64,000 nucleotides of DNA from an uncultured beta proteobacterium (GTDB lineage Bacteria > Pseudomonadota > Gammaproteobacteria > Burkholderiales > SG8-39): positions 129,638 to 193,637 of the forward strand of contig CAWHUZ010000008.1 in NCBI GenBank assembly GCA_963832685.1, written 5' to 3'. This document shows positions 28,258 to 39,767 of the stretch, piece by piece. Under the pieces are notes generated by a model that was given only the letters and a program-made list of their open reading frames with translations, was not told the origin of the DNA and did no database searches. Position 1 is the first letter of the stretch. Every line of letters starts with the position of its first letter. The position numbers and the translations under genes are program-made.

Positions 28258-29388
28258 ATGCGGCGACTCCTCGCAGTGCTCGTTGCGGCCACCGCGCTGG
28301 GCGGCTGCGCGAGCTGGTTCAGCAGTCCGGCAGGCCCGAGGCCCGCGCCGCTGACGGCGATCAACAACGCGCGCACCGTGCGGGTGCTCTGGTCGACGAG
28401 CGTGTCGCCCGCGGAAAATTTTGTCTTCAGCCCCGCGCTCGCGGGGGATAGCGTATACGTTGCGGGGCGCGACGGCGCGGTCGAGCGGCTGAACGTGCGC
28501 GACGGCCGGTCGCGCTGGCGCGTCACGCTGGATTCGCGGCTTTCCGGCGGTGTAGGGAGCGACGGGCGGCTGGTCGTTGTCGCAACCGACGAAGGCGTCG
28601 TTTTCGCGCTGAATGCGAGCAATGGCAGTGTTCTCTGGCGCGCGCGCGTGTCGAGCGAGGTGCTGGCGGCACCGGTCGTCGGCGATGGGCTCGTACTGGT
28701 ACGGAGCGGCGACAGCCGCGTGTTCGCGTTCGGCGTCGACGATGGAAAGCGCCGCTGGGTCTACCAGCGCGCCGCGGCGTCGCTCATCGTTCGGTCTCCG
28801 GCCGGGCTTAGCATCGACGGAGACACGGCGTACGCGGGCTTTTCCGGCGGCAAGCTGGTCGCGATCTCGATGGAGAGCGGCGGATTGCGATGGGAAGCGA
28901 CGGTGGCCCTACCGCACGGCGCGACCGAGCTCGAACGGGTCACGGATGTCGAAGGCGAACCGGTCGTGCAAGGCCGCGAAGTGTGCGCCGCGGCTTACCA
29001 GGGGCGGGTGGCGTGCTTCGATGCGCGCAACGGCAATCCGATCTGGACACACGAGATTTCATCTCTCACTGGCGTTAGTCTGGACGCGCGCTACGCGTAC
29101 GTGAGCGACGAAAGGGGAGCAGTCTATGCGTTCGATCGCACTGATGGTCGCAGCGTATGGAAGCAGAGCAAGCTTGCGAATCGCCGGACCTCGCTGCCGT
29201 TGCCGCTCGGCAATGAGATCGCCGTCGGTGACCTGGAAGGTTACGTCCATTTCCTCTCGCGCGAGTCTGGCGCCTTCGTCGCGCGATTCGCCACTGACGG
29301 CGGACCGATCCGCGCCGCGCCGATCAAGTTGCCGTCCGGGTTCCTGGTACAGACCTTGAGCGGCAGACTCTTCGCGCTTTCGCTTTGA
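28258..29388 (+). CDS. bamB: outer membrane protein assembly factor BamB
   Basis: Lipoprotein signal [17 protein letters not shown] and repeated PQQ-like beta-propeller blades (G.V.A....G...W). A GTG at 28249 overlapping the yfgM stop is an alternative start. Confidence 0.85.
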   Translation: MRRLLAVLVAATALGGCASWFSSPAGPRPAPLTAINNARTVRVLWSTSVSPAENFVFSPALAGDSVYVAGRDGAVERLNVRDGRSRWRVTLDSRLSGGVGSDGRLVVVATDEGVVFALNASNGSVLWRARVSSEVLAAPVVGDGLVLVRSGDSRVFAFGVDDGKRRWVYQRAAASLIVRSPAGLSIDGDTAYAGFSGGKLVAISMESGGLRWEATVALPHGATELERVTDVEGEPVVQGREVCAAAYQGRVACFDARNGNPIWTHEISSLTGVSLDARYAYVSDERGAVYAFDRTDGRSVWKQSKLANRRTSLPLPLGNEIAVGDLEGYVHFLSRESGAFVARFATDGGPIRAAPIKLPSGFLVQTLSGRLFALSL

Positions 29389-30728
29389 AATCGGTTATCG
29401 CGCTTGTCGGGCGCCCGAACGTCGGCAAGTCGACGCTGTTCAATCGCATCACGCAGAGCCGCGATGCGATCGTGGTCGACGTCCCGGGGGTCACCCGCGA
29501 CCGGCACTATGGCGAAGCGCGGTTCGGTGAGCGCTCGTTCATCGTTATCGACACCGGAGGGCTGGAGCCCGGAACGAGCGACGGGATTTTCGTTGAGATG
29601 GCGCGCCAGGCCGAGCAGGCCCTGGCCGAGGCGGACGCCGTGGTGTTCGTGGTCGACGGCCGGAGCGGTCTCTTGCCGGCGGATCGCGAGATCGCTGCGC
29701 GCCTGCGAAAGCTGAAGAAGCGCATCTGGATCGCGGTCAACAAGTGCGAAGGTCTGGCCGCGGACTCGGCAACGGCGGAGTTCCATGAGCTGGGACTCGG
29801 TGCGCCGGCCGCGATTTCCGCGGCGCACGGGGAAGGAGTGCGGGACCTGGTCGAGGCGGTGGTCGAGAGTCTGCCCGCTGACGCCGAAGCCGAGGTGGCA
29901 GATGAGGGACACCCGCGGGTCGCGATCGTGGGACGCCCGAACGTGGGAAAGTCCACCCTCGTCAACGCCTTGGTGGGCGAGCAGCGGGTCATCGAGTTCG
30001 ATCAGCCCGGAACCACGCGCGACCCGATCGAAGTGCCGTTCGAGCGCGCCGGCCGGCGCTATACATTGATCGACACTGCCGGGCTGCGGCGGCGCGGCAA
30101 GGCAGGGGAGGCGGTGGAGCGGTTCTCGATCATCAAGACGCTGCAGGCGATCGAAGCGGCTAACGTCTCGGTGCTCATGCTGGACGCGGCTCAGGGGGTG
30201 ACCGAGCAGGACGCCCACGTCGCCAGCTACATCCTGGAGCGCGGCCGTGCGGTCGTGGTGGCGGTAAACAAGTGGGACGCAGTGGGCAAGGAGGGACGCG
30301 ATAGAGTCAAGCAGGACCTTGCCTGGAAAGCGGGCTTTCTCAGTTTTGCCGAAACCCACTTCATTTCGGCGCGCAACGGCAAGGGGCTCGGTGAGCTCAT
30401 GCGCTCGGTGGACGCGGCGTACGCCGCGGCGATGGCCAAGCTTTCGACGCCGAAGCTGACGCGGGCGTTGATCGCGGCAGTGGAGCAGCAGGCGCCGCCG
30501 CGCAAGGGCTTGGTGCGGCCGAAGCTGCGGTATGCCCATCAGGGCGGAATGAATCCCCCCCGCATCATTATTCACGGCAACGCGCTCGATTACGTGCCGG
30601 ACACCTACCGGCGCTACCTCGAAGGCAGATTCCGCAGCGCGTTTGGTCTGCGGGGGACACCCCTGGCGGTCGAGTTCCGCACGCGCGGCAATCCCTACGC
30701 CCGCCGCCTGGCTTCGAAGAAACGCTGA
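29385..30728 (+). CDS. der: ribosome biogenesis GTPase Der (EngA)
   Basis: Two G domains ([24 protein letters not shown]; DTGG/DTAG; NKCE/NKWD) and a KH-like C-terminus. The TTG start overlaps the bamB TGA, and the N-terminus [16 protein letters not shown] matches the usual Der start. Confidence 0.95.
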   Translation: MKSVIALVGRPNVGKSTLFNRITQSRDAIVVDVPGVTRDRHYGEARFGERSFIVIDTGGLEPGTSDGIFVEMARQAEQALAEADAVVFVVDGRSGLLPADREIAARLRKLKKRIWIAVNKCEGLAADSATAEFHELGLGAPAAISAAHGEGVRDLVEAVVESLPADAEAEVADEGHPRVAIVGRPNVGKSTLVNALVGEQRVIEFDQPGTTRDPIEVPFERAGRRYTLIDTAGLRRRGKAGEAVERFSIIKTLQAIEAANVSVLMLDAAQGVTEQDAHVASYILERGRAVVVAVNKWDAVGKEGRDRVKQDLAWKAGFLSFAETHFISARNGKGLGELMRSVDAAYAAAMAKLSTPKLTRALIAAVEQQAPPRKGLVRPKLRYAHQGGMNPPRIIIHGNALDYVPDTYRRYLEGRFRSAFGLRGTPLAVEFRTRGNPYARRLASKKR

Positions 30729-30762
30729 ACCGCCCTCAGTTGCCCAAAGTGATCGGGAGTGA

Positions 30763-30783
30763 TATGTTGTCACTGAAAACATA
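30763..30783. promoter_or_regulatory. inverted repeat TATGTT-N9-AACATA upstream of the TetR gene (possible operator)
   Basis: Perfect 6-bp arms 23 nt upstream of the GTG start at 30806, in a low-GC spacer. Confidence 0.25.
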
Positions 30784-30805
30784 ACTCCGAGAGGATATGT
30801 AGTCG

Positions 30806-31399
30806 GTGGAAACATCTAGCGGGCGAAGCTACCATCACGGTGACCTGCGCGCCGAGCTGGTGCGCGTGGCCGGCGAAATGCTGGATCAGGTCGGACCGGC
30901 CGCTCTCAGCTTGCGCGCGGCGGCGCGGCGCGCGGGCGTCTCCCATGGCGCCCCGTACCGGCACTTTGCGGACCGCGAAGCCCTTCTTGCCGAGGTGGTC
31001 GCAAAAGGCTTTGCGCAGCTAGGCGCCGCGCTGCAGGCAGCATCCGCCGCGGGCGGGGCCGAAGTGGCTCGCGCCTACCTGCGCTTTGCGCTCGAGCATC
31101 CGCGGCGCTACGAGCTCATGTACCGGGGCGATCCGACATCGCTCACCCGCCGCGTGGCGCTAAGCGACCAGGCGCAGGTCGTATTGCACGTGCTGACCGA
31201 ATCCATTCCTGGCGTGGGGGACGCGGAGCACGCGCGCCGCGCGGGGATTGCCGCATGGTCGCTGCTGCACGGTCTGGCCGCGTTGCAGCTGAACGGGTAC
31301 CTGGGGCCGGTCGGTGCGGGTGGCGACGACGCAGACCGACTCGCGCGCGAAGTCGTGAGCATGATGCGCTTCGCGGCCAAGCCTGCCGCTGCCGCCTGA
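30806..31399 (+). CDS. TetR/AcrR family transcriptional regulator
   Basis: N-terminal HTH LSLRAAARRAGVSHGAPYRHFADREAL. GTG start. Confidence 0.85.
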   Translation: METSSGRSYHHGDLRAELVRVAGEMLDQVGPAALSLRAAARRAGVSHGAPYRHFADREALLAEVVAKGFAQLGAALQAASAAGGAEVARAYLRFALEHPRRYELMYRGDPTSLTRRVALSDQAQVVLHVLTESIPGVGDAEHARRAGIAAWSLLHGLAALQLNGYLGPVGAGGDDADRLAREVVSMMRFAAKPAAAA

Positions 31400-31410
31400 A
31401 TCCGCGGCGC

Positions 31411-32568
31411 ATGCCCGTCGCGCTGCGTCTCGCCGCCTTCTACCTGGCCTACTTCGCCTACATCGGGGCTTTCACGCCCTACTTTCCGGTCTATCTGGCC
31501 GGCCGCGGCCTGGGCTCGACCGAGATCGCGGCGGTTCTCTCGATGCCTCAGCTGGCCCGTATCTTCGCTCCCGCATTCTGGGGCTGGCTGGCGGACCGTA
31601 CCGGTGCCCGGCGCGCGGTGGTGGTCACGTCGTGCTTCGCGCTGGCGGCGGGGTTCGCGGCGATGCCGTACGTGCCGGGGTTCGCGGGCATCACCGCGCT
31701 GGTGGCGGCGACGAGCATCATCGCCGCCGGAGGCCTGCCCCTGGTCGAGGCGATCACGCTGTCGACGCTCGCCGGGCGCAGCGGGCACTACGGCCCGATT
31801 CGCCTCTGGGGATCGGTCGGTTTCATCGTTACCGTGCTGCTCGTCGGCGTCTGGCTGGACCACCATGGATCCAGCAGCCTGCCCGCGATATTTCTCGCGC
31901 TCGCGGTCGCGGCGCTGGTGGCCTCCGTAGCGTTGCCGGAGGGCGGCGCTGCGCCGCGTCCGAACGCGGACACGGTCTCCTCACCGGACCGCACGACAGC
32001 AGCGGTCCGGGCCTTGATCGGGGCGGGATTCTGCATGGCCGTCGCGCATGGCGCCTTGTACGCCTTCTTCACCTTGCACCTTCAGCGGCTGGGATATAGC
32101 GGCAAGGCGATCGGCGCGCTGTGGACCCTCGGAGTATTCGCCGAAATCGGCGTCTTCTTCTGGCTTCCCGCCTTGTTCCGGCGGTTTTCGCTCTCGGCCA
32201 TCCTCGTCGCCAGCCTCCTCGCCGCGGTCCTGCGCTTTGCCGCGATCGGCTGGGCCGCCGGCTATCTCGGAGTGCTGCTGGTCGCGCAACTGCTGCACGG
32301 CGCGACGTTTGGCGCCTTTCACGCCGCGTCCGTCGCTGCGGTGCACCGCCTCTATCCCGCGGCGGCGCAGGCGCGCGGTCAGGCTTTGTTCTCGAGTCTC
32401 GCCTACGGTGGCGGCGGCGCCGCCGGAACGTTGCTGGCGGGCTGGGCATGGGGGGTGGGCGGCCCGGCGCTGACGTTTTCGCTCGCTGCCGTCAGCGCGG
32501 CCGTCGGCGCATCGCTGACCGCATGGTTGCGCCCGCTGAAGCTCAACGAGCCTTCTCGTATGCGATAA
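31411..32568 (+). CDS. MFS transporter (MFS_1_like / PPP family)
   Basis: Twelve hydrophobic segments. N-terminus LAAFYLAYFAYIGAFTPYFPVYL and WGWLADRTG are typical of the HcaT-like subfamily. Confidence 0.8.
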   Translation: MPVALRLAAFYLAYFAYIGAFTPYFPVYLAGRGLGSTEIAAVLSMPQLARIFAPAFWGWLADRTGARRAVVVTSCFALAAGFAAMPYVPGFAGITALVAATSIIAAGGLPLVEAITLSTLAGRSGHYGPIRLWGSVGFIVTVLLVGVWLDHHGSSSLPAIFLALAVAALVASVALPEGGAAPRPNADTVSSPDRTTAAVRALIGAGFCMAVAHGALYAFFTLHLQRLGYSGKAIGALWTLGVFAEIGVFFWLPALFRRFSLSAILVASLLAAVLRFAAIGWAAGYLGVLLVAQLLHGATFGAFHAASVAAVHRLYPAAAQARGQALFSSLAYGGGGAAGTLLAGWAWGVGGPALTFSLAAVSAAVGASLTAWLRPLKLNEPSRMR

Positions 32569-32607
32569 TTTCAAGCTTCGACGGGAAACGGTCGCGCGCT
32601 CAAACGC

Positions 32608-34023
32608 ATGGCACAAACGCTCTACGACAAGCTCTGGAACAGTCACGTGGTGCATGTCGACGCCGACGGCACCGCATTGCTGTACATTGACCGTCATCTG
32701 GTGCACGAGGTGACGAGCCCGCAGGCCTACGAAGGCCTCAAATTGGCGGGACGCAAGCCGTGGCGCGTCAGCTCGGTGGTGGCGACCGCCGACCACAACA
32801 CGCCCACGACCGGCTGGGAGCAGGGCATAGAAGGAATTCGCGACCCGATTGCGCGGCTGCAGGTCGAAACGCTCGACAAGAACATGCGCGAGTTCGGCGC
32901 CAAAGTCTATTTTCCTTTTCTCGACCGACGCCAGGGCATCGTCCACGTCATCGGGCCGGAGAACGGCGCAACCCTTCCCGGCATGACCGTGGTCTGCGGT
33001 GATTCGCACACCAGCACTCATGGCGCTTTCGGCTGCCTTGCGCACGGCATCGGAACCTCCGAAGTCGAGCACGTGCTGGCGACGCAATGCCTGATCACCA
33101 AGAAGATGAAGAACATGCGTGTGCGGGTCGACGGCGAGCTGGCACGCGGCGTCACGGCGAAGGATGTTGCGCTTGCAGTGATCGGGCGCATCGGAACCGC
33201 GGGCGGGACGGGTTGCGCGATCGAGTTCGCCGGAAGCGCTATCCGCTCGCTGTCGATGGAAGGAAGGATGACTCTTTGCAACATGGCGATCGAAGCGGGC
33301 GCCCGCGCCGGCATGGTCGCGGTCGACGACACGACCATCCAGTACCTCAAGGGGAGACCGTTTTCTCCTTCCGGACCGGAGTGGGACCAGGCGGTCGCTT
33401 GCTGGAGCATGCTGCACAGCGACCCGGACGCCAAGTTCGATCGCGAGGTCTCGCTCGAAGCGCGAGCGATCAGCCCGCAAGTCACTTGGGGCACGTCGCC
33501 TGAAATGGTGGTGCCGGTGGACGAGTCGGTGCCCGATCCGGACAAGGAGAAGGACCCGGTAAGGCGCGAGGGCTTTGAGCGCGCGCTCGTCTACATGGGA
33601 CTGAAGCCCCGCACCCGAATAAGCGACATCAGGCTGGACAAGGTGTTCATCGGGTCGTGCACGAACTCGCGCATCGAAGATCTGCGCAGCGCGGCGGCGG
33701 TCGTGAAGGGGCGCCGGGTCGCGCAAAGCGTGCGCTTGGCGCTGGTCGTGCCGGGCTCCGGCCAGGTGAAGGCCCAGGCGGAACGCGAGGGACTGCACCG
33801 CATTTTCCTCGACGCCGGGTTCGAATGGCGCGAGCCGGGCTGCTCGATGTGCCTGGCGATGAACGCCGACCGCCTGGAGCCTGGAGAACGCTGCGCTTCG
33901 ACATCGAACCGGAATTTCGAGGGTCGGCAGGGCGACGGAGGCCGTACGCATCTGGTGAGCCCCGCGATGGCCGCGGCCGCCGCGATTGCCGGCCATTTCG
34001 TAGATGTGCGCTCTGGATTCTAA
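32608..34023 (+). CDS. leuC: 3-isopropylmalate dehydratase large subunit
   Basis: [23 protein letters not shown]-like, CGDSHT and GSCTNSR motifs. Confidence 0.95.
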   Translation: MAQTLYDKLWNSHVVHVDADGTALLYIDRHLVHEVTSPQAYEGLKLAGRKPWRVSSVVATADHNTPTTGWEQGIEGIRDPIARLQVETLDKNMREFGAKVYFPFLDRRQGIVHVIGPENGATLPGMTVVCGDSHTSTHGAFGCLAHGIGTSEVEHVLATQCLITKKMKNMRVRVDGELARGVTAKDVALAVIGRIGTAGGTGCAIEFAGSAIRSLSMEGRMTLCNMAIEAGARAGMVAVDDTTIQYLKGRPFSPSGPEWDQAVACWSMLHSDPDAKFDREVSLEARAISPQVTWGTSPEMVVPVDESVPDPDKEKDPVRREGFERALVYMGLKPRTRISDIRLDKVFIGSCTNSRIEDLRSAAAVVKGRRVAQSVRLALVVPGSGQVKAQAEREGLHRIFLDAGFEWREPGCSMCLAMNADRLEPGERCASTSNRNFEGRQGDGGRTHLVSPAMAAAAAIAGHFVDVRSGF

Positions 34024-34053
34024 AGAGAAAGCGGACGGGAAAAGGTGAGTGCG

Positions 34054-34695
34054 ATGCAGAAATTCATCCGCCTCGATGGCCTCGTCGCGCCGCTGGACCG
34101 GGCGAACGTCGACACGGACGCCATGATCCCGAAGCAATTCCTCAAGTCGATCAAGCGCACCGGTTTCGGGCCCAACCTGTTCGACGCCTGGCGCTATCTC
34201 GACCACGGCGAGCCGGGAATGGACTCCTCGCAGCGCCCGATCAACCCGGATTTCGTCCTCAATCAGGCGCGCTACAAGGGGGCGGAGATACTTCTTGCGC
34301 GCGAGAACTTCGGCTGCGGATCGTCGCGCGAGCACGCGCCCTGGGCGCTGATCGATTACGGCTTTCGCTGCGTGATCGCGCCGTCGTTCGCCGACATCTT
34401 CTTCGGCAACTGCTACAAGAACGGGCTGCTCCCGGTGGTGCTGACTGACGCCGAAGTCGATGCGCTGTTCTACGAGTGCGCGTCGTTTCCGGGCTTTCGC
34501 CTCGTGGTCGACCTCGAGCGGCAAATGGTGTCGAGCACCGATGGTTCGCGCCAGTACCGGTTCGAGGTCGATCCGTTCCGCAAGCATTCGCTTCTGAACG
34601 GACTCGACGAGATCGGGCTGACTCTGCAGCATGCGGACGAGATCCGCGCGTTCGAAGCCGCGCGACGCGAGCAGTTTCCCTGGCTCTTCAGGTAG
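34054..34695 (+). CDS. leuD: 3-isopropylmalate dehydratase small subunit
   Basis: [45 protein letters not shown]. The ATG at 34054 is preferred over the GTG at 34045 on N-terminal homology. Confidence 0.95.
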   Translation: MQKFIRLDGLVAPLDRANVDTDAMIPKQFLKSIKRTGFGPNLFDAWRYLDHGEPGMDSSQRPINPDFVLNQARYKGAEILLARENFGCGSSREHAPWALIDYGFRCVIAPSFADIFFGNCYKNGLLPVVLTDAEVDALFYECASFPGFRLVVDLERQMVSSTDGSRQYRFEVDPFRKHSLLNGLDEIGLTLQHADEIRAFEAARREQFPWLFR

Positions 34696-34701
34696 GTCGC
34701 G

Positions 34702-35766
34702 ATGAAGATCGCGGTTTTGCCGGGCGATGGGATTGGCAGCGAGATCATTGCGCAGGCCCTGAAGGTGCTCCACCGGCTGGGCGAGGACGGTCTGCGCCTC
34801 GAACTCGAGCAGGCGCCGGTTGGCGGCGCCGGCTATGAGGCGGCGGGCGATCCCTTGCCCGAGGCGACGCTCGAGCTCGCGAGGCAAGCGGACGCAATCC
34901 TGTTCGGCGCGATCGGCGGGCCCAAATACGATGCGCTGCCCCGCGAAAAGCGCCCGGAGCGCGGGTTGCTGCGCCTGCGCAAGCAACTCGGGTTGTTCGC
35001 AAATCTTCGCCCCGCGATCGTCTACCCGGAGCTCGCCGAGGCTTCCTCCCTCAAGGCGGAGATTGTCGCGGGTCTGGACGTGCTGATCGTGCGTGAGCTG
35101 ACGGGTGACATCTATTTCGGCGAGCCGCGCGGGATCTCCACTTTGTCCGGGGGCGAGCGCGAGGGCGTCAATACCATGCGCTATGGGGAGAGCGAGATCC
35201 GGCGCATCGCCCAGGTCGCATTCCAGGCGGCGCGCAGGCGTGGCAAGCGGCTATGCTCGGTCGACAAGGCGAACGTACTGGAAACGACCGAATTGTGGAA
35301 GCAAGTCGTCACGGAGACGGGCAAGTCCTATCCGGATGTCGACTTGTCCCACATGTATGTGGACAATTGCGCAATGCAACTGGTGCGCAATCCGAAGCAG
35401 TTCGACGTCATCGTCACCGGCAACCTGTTCGGCGACATCCTGTCCGACGAGGCCTCGATGCTCACCGGTTCGATCGGTATGCTGCCTTCGGCGTCGCTCG
35501 ACGCGAACAACAAGGGGCTGTACGAGCCGATTCACGGATCCGCGCCGGACATCGCCGGTAAGGACTTGGCCAATCCGCTTGCGACGATCCTGTCGACGGC
35601 GATGATGCTGCGCTACTCGCTGAGCAACGAGGAGTCGGCAAGCCGTATCGAGCGCGCCGTTCAGCGGGTGCTGCGCGAGGGCTGCCGCACTGCCGATATC
35701 CATACCGCGGGAACCCGAAAGCTGGGCACGCAGGAAATGGGTGACGCCGTGGTCGCCGCCCTATAG
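34702..35766 (+). CDS. leuB: 3-isopropylmalate dehydrogenase
   Basis: [48 protein letters not shown]. Confidence 0.95.
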   Translation: MKIAVLPGDGIGSEIIAQALKVLHRLGEDGLRLELEQAPVGGAGYEAAGDPLPEATLELARQADAILFGAIGGPKYDALPREKRPERGLLRLRKQLGLFANLRPAIVYPELAEASSLKAEIVAGLDVLIVRELTGDIYFGEPRGISTLSGGEREGVNTMRYGESEIRRIAQVAFQAARRRGKRLCSVDKANVLETTELWKQVVTETGKSYPDVDLSHMYVDNCAMQLVRNPKQFDVIVTGNLFGDILSDEASMLTGSIGMLPSASLDANNKGLYEPIHGSAPDIAGKDLANPLATILSTAMMLRYSLSNEESASRIERAVQRVLREGCRTADIHTAGTRKLGTQEMGDAVVAAL

Positions 35767-35776
35767 GAAAGAAAGC

Positions 35777-36901
35777 ATGCCGAGGATCGGTATCGTCGGT
35801 TGGCGGGGTATGGTGGGCTCGGTGCTCGTTGAGCGAATGCGCGAAGAGCGCGACTTCGACCACTTCGAGCCGGCATTCTTTTCGACTTCGCAGGCGGGCG
35901 GCGTCGGCCCGAAGATCGGCCGCGACACGGGCCCGGTGCTGGACGCGAACGACGTCGAGGCGCTCAAGTCGCTTCCCGTGATCGTATCCTGCCAGGGGGG
36001 CGACTACACCAACGACATCTACCCGAGGCTGCGCGGAGCGGGCTGGAATGGCTACTGGATCGATGCCGCGAGCGCGTTGCGGATGAACGACGATTCGGTG
36101 ATCGTGCTCGATCCCGTCAACATGCCGCTGGTCAAGGATGCCCTCGCCAAAGGCGGGAGGAACTTCATCGGCGGAAACTGCACCGTGAGCCTGATGCTGA
36201 TGGGCATCGCCGGACTGTTTCAGCACGATCTGGTGGAGTGGATGACGAGCATGACCTATCAGGCTGCATCCGGCGCCGGCGCCGCGAACATGCGCGAGCT
36301 CGCACAACAGATGGTCCGCGTCGGCGACAGCGCGAAGGCGCTTCTCGCCGACCCCGCATCGAGTGCGCTCGATGTCGACCGGCAAGTCACCGAGGCGATA
36401 CGCTCGCCGGGACTGCCGAAGTCGAGCTTCGGCTACCCGCTCGCGGCAAGCCTGCTGCCGTGGATCGACAAGGACCTCGGCAACGGACAGAGCCGCGAGG
36501 AGTGGAAAGGGCAGGCCGAGACAAACAAGATCCTCGGCCGCAGCGACAGGCCGGTTCCGGTCGACGGCATCTGCGTGCGTATCAGCGCGATGCGTTGCCA
36601 CAGCCAGGCCCTCACGATCAAGTTGCGCAAGAACGTGCCGCTGGACGAGGTGGAAGGCATGCTCGCCGAGGCGAACGAATGGGTGAAAGTGGTTCCCAAC
36701 CGGCGCGACGAATCGCTCGCGGAGCTGACGCCCGCAGCGGTGACCGGCAAGCTTTCGGTGCCGGTCGGCCGCCTGCGCAAGCTGCCGATGGGCGGCGACT
36801 ACTTGGCGGCCTTTACGGTGGGGGACCAGCTCCTGTGGGGCGCGGCCGAGCCCCTGCGGCGTATGCTGCGCATCGCGCTGGAATCGGGCGCAGGGCGCTA
36901 A
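35777..36901 (+). CDS. asd: aspartate-semialdehyde dehydrogenase
   Basis: [25 protein letters not shown] (active-site Cys), [18 protein letters not shown]. Confidence 0.95.
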   Translation: MPRIGIVGWRGMVGSVLVERMREERDFDHFEPAFFSTSQAGGVGPKIGRDTGPVLDANDVEALKSLPVIVSCQGGDYTNDIYPRLRGAGWNGYWIDAASALRMNDDSVIVLDPVNMPLVKDALAKGGRNFIGGNCTVSLMLMGIAGLFQHDLVEWMTSMTYQAASGAGAANMRELAQQMVRVGDSAKALLADPASSALDVDRQVTEAIRSPGLPKSSFGYPLAASLLPWIDKDLGNGQSREEWKGQAETNKILGRSDRPVPVDGICVRISAMRCHSQALTIKLRKNVPLDEVEGMLAEANEWVKVVPNRRDESLAELTPAAVTGKLSVPVGRLRKLPMGGDYLAAFTVGDQLLWGAAEPLRRMLRIALESGAGR

Positions 36902-37071
36902 GGCCGGCAGCTTTGATCAATGGGCCGAAGCGGCAAAATTTGATAGCAAGTTCCGGCGCAAAGGTGAAACAATCGAGAAAATCTCTCAGCTTGCAAGCCT
37001 AACACCATGATGTTATTTTACTTGGGGACCGCAAATTGAGTCAGGGTGGGACCGTGGGCAAATCCATCGCA

Positions 37072-39696
37072 ATGAGAATTTTCGCCGCGGCACTACTGGC
37101 CATGCCGTTGCTCGCGCATGCCGTGGGACTTGGGAGTATGCGTGTGCTGTCGGCGCTCGGACAGCCCTTGAACGCGGAGATCCAGATCGTCTCGGAGCAG
37201 GCCGGCGAGATGGCCTCGGTGAACGCGCGACTGGCGTCTCGAGACGCCTTCAATCAAGCCGGCATCCAATTCAATCCGGTTCTGCTTGGTCTGCAGTTCA
37301 ACGTCGAGCAGCGCAACGGCAAGCCGGTGCTCAGGCTGACCACCACGCAGCCGGTCAACGAGCCGTTCCTCGACGTTCTGGTCGAACTGCAATGGTCGAG
37401 TGGGCGGCTCGTGCGCGAGTACACCTTCCTGCTCGATCCGCCGAACTACAACGTTTCCCAGGCCGTGACCCCTGCGCCCTCGGCCATGCCGATGGAAAAG
37501 CCGGCGCAAGCCCCGGCTGTAACCGCGCCCGAACCCGTGCAAGAGCGTCCGCTCGAGGCTGCTCCCGCGCCGGAAGTGACCACCCCGGCCCCGCCGCCCC
37601 CGGCCCCAATGCCGATGCACGCGGGCGCGTACGAGGTCAAGAAAGGCGACACGCTGGGCGCGATCGCGCGCGAGAACTTGCCGAGTGGGGTCACGTATAA
37701 CCAGATGCTCATCGCGCTCTATCGCGCGAATCGGAAGGCGTTCATCCACGACAACATCAATCTGGTGCGCGCCGGGCGAATCCTCGATATACCGGATCAC
37801 GAAGCAGTGGCGGCCATCGATCCGGACGACGCCAGGCGACTCGTCCGCTCGCAAATGGCGGACTTCGCGGCGTACCGCCGCAAGCTCGCCGCGGCCGCTC
37901 CCGCCACGAGCACTGCCACGGGCGAGCGGGCGGTGAGCGGACGTATCGGCGCGACAGCGCAGGAATCAGCGCCCGCGGAGCAGAAAGACCAACTCAAGCT
38001 GTCGAAGGCCGAACCTGCCAGTCCGTCCGGGCCGGTTTCGAGCGCGGCGAAAGGGGACGACCTGGCTGCGCGCGAACGCGCGCTGCAGGAGGCGCAATCT
38101 CGCGTTGCCGAGCTCGAGAGGAACGTCAGCGATCTGCAAAAGCTAGTCGAACTGAAGGACAAGGCGAACAAGGCGCTTGAACTGAAGAACAAGGAGCTGG
38201 CGGAAATGCAGCAGAGGGCCACCGCCGCGCCTTCAAACGCGCCGGCGATGCCCGCCGTCCCCGCAGCTCAAAAGCCTGCGACGGAGCCTGCAAAGATGGC
38301 GGAAGCGCCCAAACCGCCGGCGCCGAAGCCCGCCGCGGCACCGGCAGCCAAGCCCGAGGCGCCCAAAGCGGCGCCCAAGCCCGCGGCTAAACCCAAGCCC
38401 AGGCCGAAGGCGCCTCCTCCCCCGCCGCCGAGCATGCTCGACGACCTGCTCGACAATCCCGTCGCGCTGGGCGGCTTGGCCGCGGTGCTGGTCCTGCTCG
38501 TCGGCTATGGTGCGTGGGCGTGGCGGCGAAAGAAGAAAACGGCGGCCTCGCTTCAGAACGGTTCCTTCGGGGCGACGGCCGGCGCTAGCGGAGCCTCCTC
38601 GGTATTGAGCGCTGCCGGAGCGCTCTCCGTCGGTGCAGATATCGGCAGCCAGGCGTCGGTGAGTCAGTCTAGCGTCGGCGGCATGGAAGCGGATGAGGTC
38701 GATCCGATCGCCGAGGCTGATGTCTATATGGCTTACGGACGCGACGCGCAGGCTGAGGAAATTCTCAAGGAGGCGCTGCAGAAGGACGCGAAGCGTCCTG
38801 CGATCCACGCCAAGCTGCTGGAGATCTATGCCACGCGGCACGACGCGAAATCGTTCGAGGAGGCCGCGCGAAAGCTGCAGACGCTCACCGGTGGCGCCGG
38901 GCCGGAGTGGGAAAAGGCCGCCGCGCTCGGGCGCTCCGTCGACCCGCACAACGCAATGTACGGCGGCACTGCGGAGGCGGCAGCAGGGGGCACGGACTTC
39001 TCCGTCCGGGAGGCCGCCACGGCAGAGCCTGCGCACGCGCCTGCGCCCAACCTGGATTTTGATCTCGACGCAGCATCTGCGCCCGCAGCGAGTGCGGACA
39101 TCCCCCTGGACATGGGCGAGGACGCGGCCAAGGAGCCGGCCGGTGCCGGGCTCGACTTCGACATAGGCGCCAGCACGAACACCATGCAGGCGAGCGATTT
39201 CGCCAAGGGCGGCACCCTGATCATGGATAAGAAGGCCGAGGCTCAGCCGGAGCCGGCGGGTCTTGATTTCGACCTGGGAATGGGTGGCGGGGCGGCGCAA
39301 AAGCCGGCCGAGTCCGGCACGGTGAATTTCGATGTGCCCGCCGCGACGACGGAGCCGGCGACGGCCCCTGCGGACACGCTGGGCTCGATGGATTTCAACA
39401 TCGATCTCGACATGGGTGATAGCAAGACCACTCCGACGCCAAGTCCGTCCGCCGAGCCGACGCCGCTTGACCTGTCGTCGATCAGTTTGGATCTCGGAAC
39501 CCCTGGCGAAAGCGCCGGACCGAGCACGAGTACCGATCCGAAGTGGCAAGAAGTTGCCACCAAGCTGGACTTGGCCAAGGCCTACGAGGAAATGGGCGAC
39601 AAGGACGGCGCGCGCGAGTTGCTGAACGAGGTTGTAAAGGAGGGTGACAGCGCGCAGCAGAGCCAAGCCAGAGAGATGCTTTCCAGCCTAGGCTGA
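37072..39696 (+). CDS. fimV: FimV/HubP family polar landmark protein (LysM peptidoglycan-binding)
   Basis: Signal peptide MRIFAAALLAMPLLAHA, an N-terminal FimV domain (LGQPLNAEI), a LysM motif (YEVKKGDTLGAIAR...NLVRAGRILDIP), a coiled coil, a Pro/Ala/Lys-rich stretch, a TM helix, an acidic repeat region and the FimV C-terminal motif LDLAKAYEEMGDKDGARELL. Longer TTG/GTG starts are possible. Confidence 0.8.
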   Translation: MRIFAAALLAMPLLAHAVGLGSMRVLSALGQPLNAEIQIVSEQAGEMASVNARLASRDAFNQAGIQFNPVLLGLQFNVEQRNGKPVLRLTTTQPVNEPFLDVLVELQWSSGRLVREYTFLLDPPNYNVSQAVTPAPSAMPMEKPAQAPAVTAPEPVQERPLEAAPAPEVTTPAPPPPAPMPMHAGAYEVKKGDTLGAIARENLPSGVTYNQMLIALYRANRKAFIHDNINLVRAGRILDIPDHEAVAAIDPDDARRLVRSQMADFAAYRRKLAAAAPATSTATGERAVSGRIGATAQESAPAEQKDQLKLSKAEPASPSGPVSSAAKGDDLAARERALQEAQSRVAELERNVSDLQKLVELKDKANKALELKNKELAEMQQRATAAPSNAPAMPAVPAAQKPATEPAKMAEAPKPPAPKPAAAPAAKPEAPKAAPKPAAKPKPRPKAPPPPPPSMLDDLLDNPVALGGLAAVLVLLVGYGAWAWRRKKKTAASLQNGSFGATAGASGASSVLSAAGALSVGADIGSQASVSQSSVGGMEADEVDPIAEADVYMAYGRDAQAEEILKEALQKDAKRPAIHAKLLEIYATRHDAKSFEEAARKLQTLTGGAGPEWEKAAALGRSVDPHNAMYGGTAEAAAGGTDFSVREAATAEPAHAPAPNLDFDLDAASAPAASADIPLDMGEDAAKEPAGAGLDFDIGASTNTMQASDFAKGGTLIMDKKAEAQPEPAGLDFDLGMGGGAAQKPAESGTVNFDVPAATTEPATAPADTLGSMDFNIDLDMGDSKTTPTPSPSAEPTPLDLSSISLDLGTPGESAGPSTSTDPKWQEVATKLDLAKAYEEMGDKDGARELLNEVVKEGDSAQQSQAREMLSSLG

Positions 39697-39767
39697 GCGC
39701 GGACCCCTCTCCCACGAATTGCCACGGACTGCGCCCCGCGCGGCACCGTGGCCAGGCCTTTTCCGCC

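Noticed and set aside
29241-30815. 524-aa minus-strand ORF
   Set aside because: Antisense to der (EngA). No motifs.
31981-34986. 1001-aa ORF on the minus strand, the longest in the window
   Set aside because: It runs antisense to leuC, leuD and the MFS gene, which are unambiguously recognisable. Its translation is an Arg/Ala/Pro/Gly-rich string with no motif. This is a typical stop-codon-poor antisense frame in GC-rich DNA.
38200-38440. Pro/Ala/Lys-rich repetitive stretch (APKPPAPKPAAAPAAKPEAPKAAPKPAAKPKPRPKAPPPPPP)
   Set aside because: This is the low-complexity linker normal for FimV/HubP proteins just before their TM helix. It is not an independent repeat element.
38233-39666. 477-aa minus-strand ORF, and several 60-250 aa ORFs in both strands over 37.0-39.7 kb
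   Set aside because: They overlap the fimV frame, which has LysM, TM and conserved C-terminal motifs. The alternative frames are Arg/Gly-rich.
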